Assembly: GCA_028714475.1 (NCBI GenBank) | Contig: JAQTNC010000001.1 | Span: forward strand, 86,678-150,677 | Direction of reading: 5' to 3' | DNA: 64,000 nt | DNA from: Patescibacteria group bacterium | GTDB lineage: Bacteria > Patescibacteriota > Patescibacteriia > SG8-24 | Part shown: piece by piece, positions 20,357 to 31,457 of the stretch | Position numbering within the stretch: position 1 is the first letter of the stretch | Layout: every line of letters begins with the position of its first letter | Position numbers and translations under genes: made by a program | The notes under the pieces: model-generated | Told to the model about the DNA's origin: nothing | Database searches by the model: none | Seen by the model: only the letters and a program-made list of their open reading frames with translations

Positions 20357-20660
20357 ACTTGGTCACCTTTGCTGTTATGTTACCACAATTTTCGGAAATT
20401 CGACAGCTAATCTGGCGCATATCAGACAAACCTAAAAAGCGCCGCCATCGGGCCACCTGACTCTGCGAACGCCCCCTCCCTCGCCCGCGTCGCCCATGCG
20501 CCACGCGGCCAGCGGAGCCGCCCGCAGGGGCTGGCGCGGAGGGCTTTTCCGGGGCGCGGGTGGAACGCGCCCTGCCCGGAGCGCCTGCCCCTGCGGGCGG
20601 CGGAGCGAATCGCTAGCGACACCAATCTGCCCGGTTTCCGCACTGAACGACGAAGAACCA

Positions 20661-20697
20661 AATTACGAAAGGCTCCCCGCTTGAGCGGGGAGCCTTG
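20661..20697 (-). terminator. rho-independent terminator after rplY
   Basis: ggctccccgc-tcaa-gcggggagcc followed by TTTCGTAATTT. Confidence 0.65.
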
Positions 20698-20711
20698 ATG
20701 ATTCATTCAGA

Positions 20712-21398
20712 TTACTTTTTCTTCTCTTCCTTCTTCTCCCCCGCCTCGGCGGCCTTCTCGGCCTTCTTCTCCTCACCTTCAACCTTCACGGCCGCCACGT
20801 CCAGTTCCGGCTTGGCTTCCATCTCCTTCAGCTCGGCCTCGGAAATCGGCGCGTTGATGACCACGACGACGTCTTCCGGACGCGCCAGGTATTCCACGCC
20901 CTCGTGTTTCGGCAGGTCGGCCACGGTGACGAGGTCATCGATGTTCTTGAGCGACGTGAGATCAACGTCAATCTCATGAACGAGGTTTTGCGGCAGACAG
21001 CGAACCATGATCGATTCCATGCTCTTCACCAGGATGGCGCCCAGTTCCTTGACCGCCGGCGCCTCGCCGAGGTAGTTGAACTCAACGTGGGCCTCCAGCT
21101 TCTCGGTCATCTTCACCTGACGGAAATCCGCGTGGATGATGCGGCCGGTGAGGGCATCGCGCTGAACATCCTGAATGAGGACCTTGACCGGCGCGCCGCC
21201 GTCAACGGAGAGATCGATGAGAGTGGATTCGCCAGCCTGATCGAGCAGCTTGATGAACACGCCTTCGCTCACGGCGACGTCGCGGTTGGCTTCGCCGTGA
21301 CCGTAAATGACGGCCGGCACGAGACCCTGCTCGCGGAGCTGTTTGACCTGCTTACCGGTGACTTCCCTTTTCTGGGCTTCGAGTTTGAGTGCTTCCAT
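20712..21398 (-). CDS. rplY: 50S ribosomal protein L25 / general stress protein Ctc
   Basis: two-domain L25/Ctc with Lys/Glu-rich tail. Confidence 0.88.
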   Translation of the reverse strand: MEALKLEAQKREVTGKQVKQLREQGLVPAVIYGHGEANRDVAVSEGVFIKLLDQAGESTLIDLSVDGGAPVKVLIQDVQRDALTGRIIHADFRQVKMTEKLEAHVEFNYLGEAPAVKELGAILVKSMESIMVRCLPQNLVHEIDVDLTSLKNIDDLVTVADLPKHEGVEYLARPEDVVVVINAPISEAELKEMEAKPELDVAAVKVEGEEKKAEKAAEAGEKKEEKKK

Positions 21399-21469
21399 AT
21401 CTTATCGGGTGATAAAACTGATTGTTGGTTAAGTTAGGTGCCGTTCCGCCCGCGCCGTTGCGATCAGGC

Positions 21470-21496
21470 AAACAAAAAAAGGAATCAGCTTCCTTA
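21470..21496 (-). terminator. terminator-like hairpin (aggaa-gctga-ttcct plus T8)
   Basis: seen in sequence downstream of the 21550 gene. Confidence 0.5.
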
Positions 21497-21549
21497 TTAT
21501 TTACACTACGGGGCGGAATTTGGCAAGAGCGAGGTTTGTGAGTAGCTAT

Positions 21550-21900
21550 TTACGCCACGCCCAGACGGGAAAACAGCGTTTCCTCCTGCTCCAAAAGGCA
21601 GTGCATCTCGATGACGTCGTCCGTGCTGACGGACGGGGCGACCCGGAACCTTTCCACCTCCTCATGATCAAGATCCGTGACCAGGCCGACCGAGCTGACG
21701 CCGGCCGAAGACACCAGAACCAAGGCCAAAATCGCGTTCGAACAGCCGCCGCATCGGATATGCAGAAGATGGCTGTCATCGCGTTCCCCGAGGACATGCG
21801 TTTCGCGCGGGCTGCAACTCGACTGACACAACGGGCAGTACGAGATGAGCTTGATGCCCTCGTCAAAGAATTGTGACGGGTGGGCGGCCGGCAAGGCCAT
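21550..21900 (-). CDS. hypothetical zinc-ribbon protein (CPLC...CGGC)
   Basis: two CxxC pairs; terminator downstream; no SD. Confidence 0.5.
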   Translation of the reverse strand: MALPAAHPSQFFDEGIKLISYCPLCQSSCSPRETHVLGERDDSHLLHIRCGGCSNAILALVLVSSAGVSSVGLVTDLDHEEVERFRVAPSVSTDDVIEMHCLLEQEETLFSRLGVA

Positions 21901-22162
21901 ATTGGTTTTGGTTTTCGCTTTTTAGAGGAAGCTTGTTTCTGCCTTATTTTGAGGCAATTTTTGGCTTCCTTTACTTATATCTTACCGTTTTTTGGCCCTT
22001 CAGTCAATCGGGGTTTATGCACAGCGAGACCCTTGGCATTAATCCGTTTGGCAAAGAATTGACTGATGCCTGGTGGCCTGATAATACAAAAGGGCTTCCT
22101 CGACGGGGGCAACGGCAAGCACCGAGAGCGCGACACGCTCCTTCACATCAACGAGGCTAGTC

Positions 22163-22900
22163 ATGATTCAAGAAGTCCATCTCGAAGACGGTTCCGGGGT
22201 CGGCGCGCCGTACCCCCGCATCCCGGCCGAACTGCCGCCGCGCGGCAAGCTATACGAATTCCTGCTCGACAGCGGCGACCGTAAATTCGTCACGGAGCGA
22301 GTCCTGCCGATGCTCGACGCGCTGACCACGGCTGACGAAGCCGTGGGTAACGAGCTCGTCATCTTGGCCGAGGACGGCAGCAAAGCCGCCGAACAGCGCC
22401 TCATCGTGGCGGGCAACCCGCTCTTGGGCGCCAGCGGATTCTTCACCAAGGTCCGTTTCTTGAGCCTCGAAGCCCTCAAGGCCACCGTCCCGAACAACCC
22501 GCCGAACGAAGACCGACTCAGGCTGGCGTTGGACGACCTGGCCCAGAACTGCACGACCAACGCACTGCTCGATGCCCTCGAGTCTCAATTGAGGGAGTTT
22601 CGGGTGGGTCTTGCCATCCAGAACACGTCCAACCTCCGATCGCTTCTCGGTACGACCTTGAAACGGCCGGACGGCCTCGCCTGGCACTGGTCCCATCTCG
22701 GGACAAACGGCTCTTGGCCGACGAACTGTTGGGCCTCGCCGCTGTTGCCGCCCCTGTTGCTGGTCTGTCTGGTGCGCGCGCTCGGCCCCAGTCGCCGGAT
22801 CGAACGCTACCAGCCCATGATCGAAGCGTGGGCCGACGGCTACCGCCCGCTTGGTCCGGACCGCGAGGATCGGACCACACTCGTCGTCCTCGTGCGCTGA
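22163..22900 (+). CDS. hypothetical protein
   Basis: GAGG 7 nt upstream of ATG; terminator downstream. Confidence 0.5.
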   Translation: MIQEVHLEDGSGVGAPYPRIPAELPPRGKLYEFLLDSGDRKFVTERVLPMLDALTTADEAVGNELVILAEDGSKAAEQRLIVAGNPLLGASGFFTKVRFLSLEALKATVPNNPPNEDRLRLALDDLAQNCTTNALLDALESQLREFRVGLAIQNTSNLRSLLGTTLKRPDGLAWHWSHLGTNGSWPTNCWASPLLPPLLLVCLVRALGPSRRIERYQPMIEAWADGYRPLGPDREDRTTLVVLVR

Positions 22901-22924
22901 CACGCCTTCGCGTCACGCGCCAAA

Positions 22925-22965
22925 CCGCCGCCCCGGCTCGCTTGAGCTGGAGCGGCGATTTTTAG
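22925..22965 (+). terminator. rho-independent terminator
   Basis: cgccgc-cccggctcgcttgagctggag-cggcg followed by ATTTTTAG. Confidence 0.6.
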
Positions 22966-22995
22966 CTAGTAGCTAGTTGCTAGTAGCTAGTAGAA
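22964..22995. repeat. microsatellite (TAGCTAG)n
   Basis: tagctagtagctagttgctagtagctagtag. Confidence 0.7.
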
Positions 22996-23062
22996 AATGG
23001 TGGCCTCCCAAAGGCTTGGTCGAGTAATCTTTATCGTTCTTGCCCGACCCGCGTGGAGGGCC

Positions 23063-23150
23063 TGCCCCTCGACTCCCCCTTCGACTCGCTTCGCTCGCTC
23101 AGGGTCCGCTCGGGGAAGAACGGGGGGGCTCCGCTCAGGGAATATTGTTT
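23063..23150. repeat. family 1 palindromic repeat, copy D (expanded; ~60 nt near-identical to the copy inside rlmN, opposite orientation)
   Basis: ctgcccctcgactcccccttcgactcgcttcgctcgctcagggtccgctcgggg... Confidence 0.8.
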
Positions 23151-23236
23151 GAATATAAAAAAGTCCCGCCCAGTGAAGCGCGAGACTTCCCTGGACGGGC
23201 TAAGACCTAGCAAGACGAGTTGTTTCTCCGCCGCTG

Positions 23237-23728
23237 TTACGGTGTGGTCGCCTGTTCCGCCGGCACGAGAGCGCCGATCCAGTAGAGGTTTATCTTCCTT
23301 TTCGACTCCGGATGGTAGAATTCCTGTCCTCGACAAAAATCAGGCTGCTCTGGCCGGTTGTCCCAATCGAGCAAGGCGCAATACGTTCCCTCGTGCTGAA
23401 CGGTGCAGGATCGCACCCGGCCAGTCACCCGGAAAAAGGCGATGACTCGGAGGCGGCGTTGTGGCACAGCGGCGTTCGCCCTGCCTCCGACCTCCCATGC
23501 CCCAAGGGCATCGGAAAATTCGAACGGGCGCACCCGCTGCCAATCGACGGTCACGTCGTCGCCGACAGCGATGCCGCTTAACTCATCCTTGACCTTGTCG
23601 AGCAGGAGGGTGGCGTTCCCCTCGTCGAATTTCAGGCCATGACTGCGATGGCTGACGCGTACGCCATGCTCCGCGATGGCCGCCAGGAGTTCGCGCTGTA
23701 AATTCCAAAGACCCTTGTTGATGGACAT
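23237..23728 (-). CDS. hypothetical protein
   Basis: GAAGGAGAAGG SD ~7 nt upstream of ATG. Confidence 0.55.
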   Translation of the reverse strand: MSINKGLWNLQRELLAAIAEHGVRVSHRSHGLKFDEGNATLLLDKVKDELSGIAVGDDVTVDWQRVRPFEFSDALGAWEVGGRANAAVPQRRLRVIAFFRVTGRVRSCTVQHEGTYCALLDWDNRPEQPDFCRGQEFYHPESKRKINLYWIGALVPAEQATTP

Positions 23729-23879
23729 TTTCCTTCTCCTTCATACTGAAGAATTCCGGCTCACTGCCGGCATTCACGACTCAACCCTAGGTCGATACGG
23801 CGGGTTTGTCAAGATGGACGATAATAAAAAGTGCGCAGCACACTTTGCGGAAAAATGACTTCATTTCGCGAGGCCGGGC

Positions 23880-24170
23880 GGGGTCGCCCTTTAAGGCCGG
23901 TCGAGCGAGCGACGGCTCGGTCCCCCTCACCATTCCGACGCCGGAATGGTGAGGGGGCGTCGCGAGCGAAAGTTATTCAGCCGAGCGAAGCGAGCCCCGG
24001 AATCCGCCGCAGGCGGATATCCGGGGGAAGGCCGCCGCTGGAGCGGCCGAGCGTGCCGAAAGGGCGACCCCACCCGGCCGGACGTTTGTGGTTGACGTTG
24101 CCCCTCGACTTCGCTCGGGGCAGAATAATTGAATGGATCCTCCCCGCAGTACTGCGGGGAGGATAACATT
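23880..24170. repeat. repeat-rich noncoding cluster: 14-bp perfect hairpin (23925-23958), family 1 fragments (23958-23998, 24100-24125) and family 3 palindrome cccgcagtactgcggg (24141-24168)
   Basis: seen in sequence. Confidence 0.65.
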
Positions 24171-24210
24171 ATTTGTGCCCCGAGGATGACAAAAAATTTG
24201 ATCTGCGCAC

Positions 24211-25311
24211 TCAAACCCTCCTCACCGCCACCGATTCCAGCGCGCCAATCATCAGGCACTTGGCAAGCAGCGACGAGCCGCCGTAGCTCAAGAACGGCAG
24301 AGTGACGCCGGTGAGCGGCATGACGCGGAGGTTGCCGCCGATGTTCACGACCGCCTCGGCCGCGATGGCCGCGAGCACGCCCAAAACGAGGAAAAGAGAG
24401 AAATTATCATGGCAGGCCTTGGCCAAGAGATAGCCGCGGTAGAAAAGCAGGCCGAAAAGCCCCAAGATGACCAGCGTGCCGAGGAAACCGAGCTCCTCGG
24501 CCGTGGCCGCAAAGATGAAGTCCGTCTGGCGTTCCGGCAGGAAGCGCAGCTGGCTTTGCGAGCCGTATCCGAGCCCCTTGCCGAAAAAGCCGCCGGAACC
24601 GATGGCAATGACGGACTGGGCGACGTTGTAGCCGCGGCCAAGCGGGTCGCTGTTCGGATCCAGGAAGGCCGTGACGCGATCCTTCTGGTACGGCTGAAGA
24701 ACGGCAAACCAAGCGACGGCCGCGAGAGCCAAACCGACCAGCGTAAAAACCAAGAATTGCCGCAGGCGAAGTCCGGACATGACCAGAAGGGCGAACCAGA
24801 TGGCCGAGAGCAGGAGGGCCGAGCCGAAATCCGGTTGCGCCAGCACCAGCGCCACGATGAGCCCGGCGGCCAGACCGGAACGGATGACGTTGCGCCACGT
24901 GCCGCGATCGCGGACGTTGCGGCTGAAGAACCGCGCCAGAAAGACGATGAGCAGGAACTTCACCAGCTCGACCGGCTGGATGCCGAAGCCGAACAGGCCG
25001 AACCAGCCTCGCGTGCCACGCATGGTGGAGCCGAAAAGAAGCACGGCGACGAGCAAGACGATGGCGGCCAAATACAGGGCCCGGCTGGCCGCGACCAGGT
25101 AACGGTAATCAAACAGGGGGAAGACAAGCACCAGGACCAGCCCGGCGGCAGCGAACGCGGCCTGTTTCCAGAACAGCGACAGGTCAGCCGCTCCGCCAGC
25201 GGGGGCGGTGAGCGAGGTCGCATACAGCACGGCCAAACCGAACATGGTCAGCGAAGCGGTTGACCCGAACAGGAGCCAGTCAAATTTTCGGTAGCGTTGG
25301 AGGAGATTCAT
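24211..25311 (-). CDS. SEDS family peptidoglycan glycosyltransferase (FtsW/RodA/SpoVE)
   Basis: ~10 TM protein with PDFGSALLL and other conserved SEDS segments. Confidence 0.88.
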   Translation of the reverse strand: MNLLQRYRKFDWLLFGSTASLTMFGLAVLYATSLTAPAGGAADLSLFWKQAAFAAAGLVLVLVFPLFDYRYLVAASRALYLAAIVLLVAVLLFGSTMRGTRGWFGLFGFGIQPVELVKFLLIVFLARFFSRNVRDRGTWRNVIRSGLAAGLIVALVLAQPDFGSALLLSAIWFALLVMSGLRLRQFLVFTLVGLALAAVAWFAVLQPYQKDRVTAFLDPNSDPLGRGYNVAQSVIAIGSGGFFGKGLGYGSQSQLRFLPERQTDFIFAATAEELGFLGTLVILGLFGLLFYRGYLLAKACHDNFSLFLVLGVLAAIAAEAVVNIGGNLRVMPLTGVTLPFLSYGGSSLLAKCLMIGALESVAVRRV

Positions 25312-25383
25312 GGGGGGGTTGATTGGTTACACGGAAGACCGTGAGCCAACAAGAACCTTTTATCAGAAATGACGCTGGGTGGG

Positions 25384-25482
25384 AAGAGACAAAGAGACAG
25401 AGAGACAAAGTGACGAGTAGTCTGCACCACTCTGTCTCTATGTCTCTCTGCCTCTGTATCTCTATGTCTCTCTAGCTCTCTG
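25384..25482. repeat. GA-tract followed by complementary CT-tract (family 4, CTCTGTCTCT-type), potential long hairpin
   Basis: agagacaaagagacagagagacaaag ... ctctgtctctatgtctctctgcctctgtatctctatgtctctc. Confidence 0.6.
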
Positions 25483-25485
25483 CCC

Positions 25486-26331
25486 CTACCTCCCCGGCGG
25501 AATGAAAACGCCCGGGTCGAAAATATTCACGTCCGTCATCACCTGGACCTCGCGCACGGTCGGCAGGTCGTTGAACCAGCTGGCCTCGACCGTCCGACTT
25601 TGGCCGGCCCGCAATTCGCTGATGGTCACGTAGTTCACGCCGACATCCCGTGAAGAACCGATGAGGCGCACGAAGAAGCCCAGACGCCAGAAGCTGTACG
25701 CAGTATCATTTACTATCTTGAAGGTGGCGCGGCCGACCGGCACCGGATCCGTCAGTTCCGGCGCGCGGAAAGCGACGTCTTCCAACCGCAAGTTCAGACG
25801 CGCCCGCATCCAGCCGATGATGTCGGGTCCGGTAACATGCTTGTCCACCCGATGCCAAACGAGGGAGGAGAAGCGCATCTGCGCCCCTTGGTGCCCTTCG
25901 CCCTTCACCCCTAACTGATATAGGTTTTTGGTGGAGCTGGGCAGGATGAAGTCGTGTTTCGACTGGCCAAGCTGGTTTTCGCCGTCCGCAAAATAGTAAT
26001 CGAATTCCGCCCAAGCGTGCGGGTTGGGATTCGTCACCTCGACATACAGGTCGCTCGTCTGGCCGTTCACCTCGATGAGGTCGGCCGAACCGTAGGCGAG
26101 CGGCTGAAGGCGCGTCTTGCGGATGACTTCCGTCGGGATGTCCGGCTGGCCAAGGACGCGACCGACCTGCCGTTCCGCGACGCCGTGGCCGAAGAACCAG
26201 TCGTAGAATCCATATCCGCCGTAAGCGAGCATCAGGAACGCCACGACCGCCAAAGCGATGGTGCCAGAGCGCGCCAACTGGGCGCGATTGTTTACCCACC
26301 AATAACCCCACTTCAGGGATTTTTCCGTCAT
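25486..26331 (-). CDS. hypothetical membrane-anchored protein
   Basis: start set at Met26 (GAGGAACAA upstream of ATG); single N-terminal TM. Confidence 0.55.
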   Translation of the reverse strand: MTEKSLKWGYWWVNNRAQLARSGTIALAVVAFLMLAYGGYGFYDWFFGHGVAERQVGRVLGQPDIPTEVIRKTRLQPLAYGSADLIEVNGQTSDLYVEVTNPNPHAWAEFDYYFADGENQLGQSKHDFILPSSTKNLYQLGVKGEGHQGAQMRFSSLVWHRVDKHVTGPDIIGWMRARLNLRLEDVAFRAPELTDPVPVGRATFKIVNDTAYSFWRLGFFVRLIGSSRDVGVNYVTISELRAGQSRTVEASWFNDLPTVREVQVMTDVNIFDPGVFIPPGR

Positions 26332-26478
26332 TTGTTCCTCGCGGGCTGGCTTGAAGTCCATATGTTTATTCATTATAGCGGAAAAAGCCGAGCCCAGCCA
26401 CGCCAATCACGCATTGCCAAAACGCCGCCGTCGTGATTAGCTGGTGCCAGTCCAATCAAGGATGGAAGGAGGAGCCCC

Positions 26479-26877
26479 TTGGACGAGACAACTGATGCCG
26501 TGCGAACCGCACTCGTGACCTTGGTCGGATGCCGCGACGAGGAGGCTATGCTTCTCGGTCAGCGCCTGTTCAGCGCCGCGCAACCGCGAGCATCGAAAAC
26601 AATTCCTGGGCAGGAGTGCCTACTGGAACTGCGCGGACATGACCACGTCTTCCGAGGTCAGATCGGCCAAACCGACGTCTGGGTGGCCTATGCCATGACC
26701 CACGGCACCATCGCGATAACCAAAATCGTGATGTACGAAGGCCAAATCGTCTTCCAGGCCACGCGACCGAGCGGCGTCAACACGACGCCCGACATCGTCG
26801 TTTACGTGCCCGGTGCCGACACTTGGGAAAAGGACCTGCTCTCCCAGATGGTGACCGTTCAACACTACGAGGTTTGA
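26479..26877 (+). CDS. hypothetical protein
   Basis: TTG start with GGAAGGAGG 5 nt upstream. Confidence 0.45.
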   Translation: MDETTDAVRTALVTLVGCRDEEAMLLGQRLFSAAQPRASKTIPGQECLLELRGHDHVFRGQIGQTDVWVAYAMTHGTIAITKIVMYEGQIVFQATRPSGVNTTPDIVVYVPGADTWEKDLLSQMVTVQHYEV

Positions 26878-27090
26878 GACGGCTGAACCCAGGGAACCTC
26901 AACTTGGCCGTGGTCATCCGGCAGCAACGCCGCCGCCACGACCCCGAACCGGGACTGCACCTGCAGCCCGGTTTTATGTTTGACTCCAGGCTGACCGCGA
27001 CGCTTTCGAAGGCGCCAATTCTTGACACTTGGCGGTTATCCTGCAAACATCAACTCACGACCTTTTCCCATCGGGAAGGAGTGATGGGCA

Positions 27091-27570
27091 ATGAAGAAAA
27101 ACGCAACCGATACCTCGAAAGAACAGCAGCGAAAAGCGTCGTACGTGGCGACATCAGCCGCCTTCGCCGTGCTGCTCTCCGTCGCCGTCTATGTGGGGTT
27201 CCGTTCCTTTTTCAAGACCGAGCTTGGCCCAGTTCAGGCCATGGTCTGGGCGGCCGTCGTCAACCTGATGGTCATGGCCGCGCTGCCGTCGCCGAAGCAT
27301 CGGAAGTTGTCGCCCGTCAGACTGGCCAACAAGACCGGTGAGACAGTCGCCCTCGAAACGATGCTCATGCTGGCCGGCGGCATGACGCTCGTGCGGGCCG
27401 CACTCATGTACGGCCAGCCAGCCTGTCTCGTCGGCCTCGCCATCATCACGTTTGCGGTCTTCTGGGCGCTCTCAAGCAGGCTCGACGAATGGGTCGGCAC
27501 GCCCTGGCTCGCCTTCGTCGGCGCCATCGAACTTGTCGCCATCTACAACCTCTCCCTGCTGACGCGTTGA
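27091..27570 (+). CDS. hypothetical membrane protein (4 TM)
   Basis: GGAAGGAG ~10 nt upstream. Confidence 0.55.
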   Translation: MKKNATDTSKEQQRKASYVATSAAFAVLLSVAVYVGFRSFFKTELGPVQAMVWAAVVNLMVMAALPSPKHRKLSPVRLANKTGETVALETMLMLAGGMTLVRAALMYGQPACLVGLAIITFAVFWALSSRLDEWVGTPWLAFVGAIELVAIYNLSLLTR

Positions 27571-27696
27571 TACTGACTGACCAAGCGCCAGCCCCTGACT
27601 CCCTTGCCGCTCGGCTGGGGAGTTATTGTTTTTTCAGCGGCTTGACGCCGCTTGGCACCGTGTTATGGTCAGCCCATAGATCATTGGAGGTACGCA

Positions 27697-27951
27697 ATGA
27701 AAAAGCCGTCCAAATCGACTGTCTTCCTCGTTGCCGGAACATACGGCGCCATAGCCCTACTCGTGGCCTACGCCCTCGTCAGCACGGAAAAGTGCGCCCC
27801 GCGCGACTTCTGGCCACTCTTCCTGAACCTGACTGGCGGCCTCGCGTTCATCGCGGACAACACTTTCCGTCGCTCCTGGGCGACTGTCGGCCTGAACATT
27901 TGCTGGGTCGCCATCGCCCTGTACGGCATCGGTCGTGCCCTGTTCGGATGA
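27697..27951 (+). CDS. hypothetical small membrane protein (3 TM, 84 aa)
   Basis: internal ATG at 27697 with GGAGG 7 nt upstream (ORF track starts at 27652). Confidence 0.5.
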   Translation: MKKPSKSTVFLVAGTYGAIALLVAYALVSTEKCAPRDFWPLFLNLTGGLAFIADNTFRRSWATVGLNICWVAIALYGIGRALFG

Positions 27952-28137
27952 AGGGAAAGACGTTGCCACCAAGCCCACCGCTGATTTCAGCCGGTGGGTT
28001 TATTGTATTGAACTGTTTTTTGGCTTAAACAAGCGATTATTCATCCCCACCATAAATCAACAAAAAACCGCCTTTACCCCCTTGTTTTTTCCTTGTTTAT
28101 TCTCCATTTCCGTGCTACTATTTCGAAGCAATTTTAG

Positions 28138-30228
<2,091 letters not shown>

Positions 30229-30376
30229 TCATTGCACACTCGTAGCCCATCCGGGCGGCCTGAATGACACCGAAAGAACATCAACCGAAGCCGAAGGCGC
30301 TCCCAAGAAGGGGGCGCTTTTTGGAACCCGCAGCCGGATCGCCCGGCGGGCGAAGAGCGTGCAGAATATAGACGTT

Positions 30377-30458
30377 TAGAGTGCTGGAGGAATTGTTTGG
30401 GTCCCTATTTGTTTATCAAGTTTTTTCTTCAGTACTTCAGCACTTCCCCGCTCCAGCA
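30377..30458. repeat. CAGCACT-family repeats (agtgctggag ... cttcagtacttcagcacttcc ... ctccagcact)
   Basis: inverted copies flanking a ~60-nt spacer. Confidence 0.55.
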
Positions 30459-30484
30459 CTTCCTTTTTTGTGGTCTGAAAAAGC

Positions 30485-30492
30485 TGTATAAT
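30485..30492 (+). promoter_or_regulatory. extended -10 element TGtATAAT upstream of the 30523 gene, followed by a family 1-like cccctcgact motif
   Basis: seen in sequence. Confidence 0.35.
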
Positions 30493-30522
30493 CCCCTCGA
30501 CTAAGTCATTAACCATTGATTT

Positions 30523-31137
30523 ATGCTTAAAAAACTCATTACTCCAGCGCTTCTGGTGTCGTTCCTGGTCGTGCTGGCCATCCCGGCTCTGGCCGAGGAA
30601 AACGGCATGGGGGCCACGAACAACGCCGCCGTCACGAACACCACGACGGATACCAATACCGCCGCCAACGTTAACGCCCCTTTGACCAAGGAAGAGATCC
30701 GGGCCAAACAGAAGGCCGAACGCGAGGCATTACTCGCCAAGCAGAAAGCCGAACGGGAAGCCGCACTTCAGAAAAAGAAGGAGGCGGCCGCGGCCAAGGA
30801 TGCCGCGCAGGGCGCCTGCATGATCCCGGCGGTCGAGAAGCGCGATAACGCCCTTATGGCCGCGCTCGACGTCAAGAACGCCGCTCTCAAGACGGCTCTC
30901 ACCGCTCGCCGCGACGCGCTCAAGGCCGCTTGGGGCAAGACCGATATGAAGGAGCGCCGCACGGCCATCAAAGACGCTTGGACCAAATGGGGCAAGGACG
31001 CGATGGCGGCCGTCAAGGATTTCCGCACCGCCAAGAAGGCCGCCTGGAAGCAGTTCAACGCCGACCGCAAGGCCTGCGGTGGCGGCGGCTCCGGCGTCCA
31101 GGACTGGACCGGCGAAGGCGCGGACGCGCAACTCTAA
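30523..31137 (+). CDS. hypothetical secreted Ala/Lys-rich helical protein (signal peptide)
   Basis: signal peptide plus repeated KQKAEREA units; strong terminator downstream. Confidence 0.6.
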   Translation: MLKKLITPALLVSFLVVLAIPALAEENGMGATNNAAVTNTTTDTNTAANVNAPLTKEEIRAKQKAEREALLAKQKAEREAALQKKKEAAAAKDAAQGACMIPAVEKRDNALMAALDVKNAALKTALTARRDALKAAWGKTDMKERRTAIKDAWTKWGKDAMAAVKDFRTAKKAAWKQFNADRKACGGGGSGVQDWTGEGADAQL

Positions 31138-31151
31138 GACAACGATACCGA

Positions 31152-31190
31152 AGACCCCCGGGCCATAGCGGCCAGGGGGTCTTTGTTTTG
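31152..31190 (+). terminator. rho-independent terminator
   Basis: agacccccgggcc-atagc-ggccagggggtct followed by TTGTTTTG. Confidence 0.8.
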
Positions 31191-31262
31191 AGGCTCTTAC
31201 TCGGCCAACAAGTGAATAAACTTCTCTAAAATTAGAAAATTTCCCGAATCATGCCTACACCC

Positions 31263-31290
31263 TTGACAAAAATCGCTTAACATGATAATT
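31263..31290 (+). promoter_or_regulatory. putative promoter (TTGACA-15/16-GATAAT) upstream of rlmN
   Basis: seen in sequence within an AT-rich spacer. Confidence 0.35.
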
Positions 31291-31457
31291 TAGATAGTCG
31301 CGACGCGGATGTGCTAAATACCCGAGCCCCCTTCACCCTGCAGCCGTCCGCGTCGCCACTCTCTTGCCAACGCTCCCTGACCTACCCCGGGTCTGTGGAG
31401 CGTTGCACTTTAATTATGGAGCTTTTCGCGCACCAACAGAAATGATATTTTTCCCTC

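Noticed and set aside
22250-22903. 217-aa minus-strand ORF
   Set aside because: Antisense to the SD-bearing 22163 plus-strand gene; Arg/Gln-rich.
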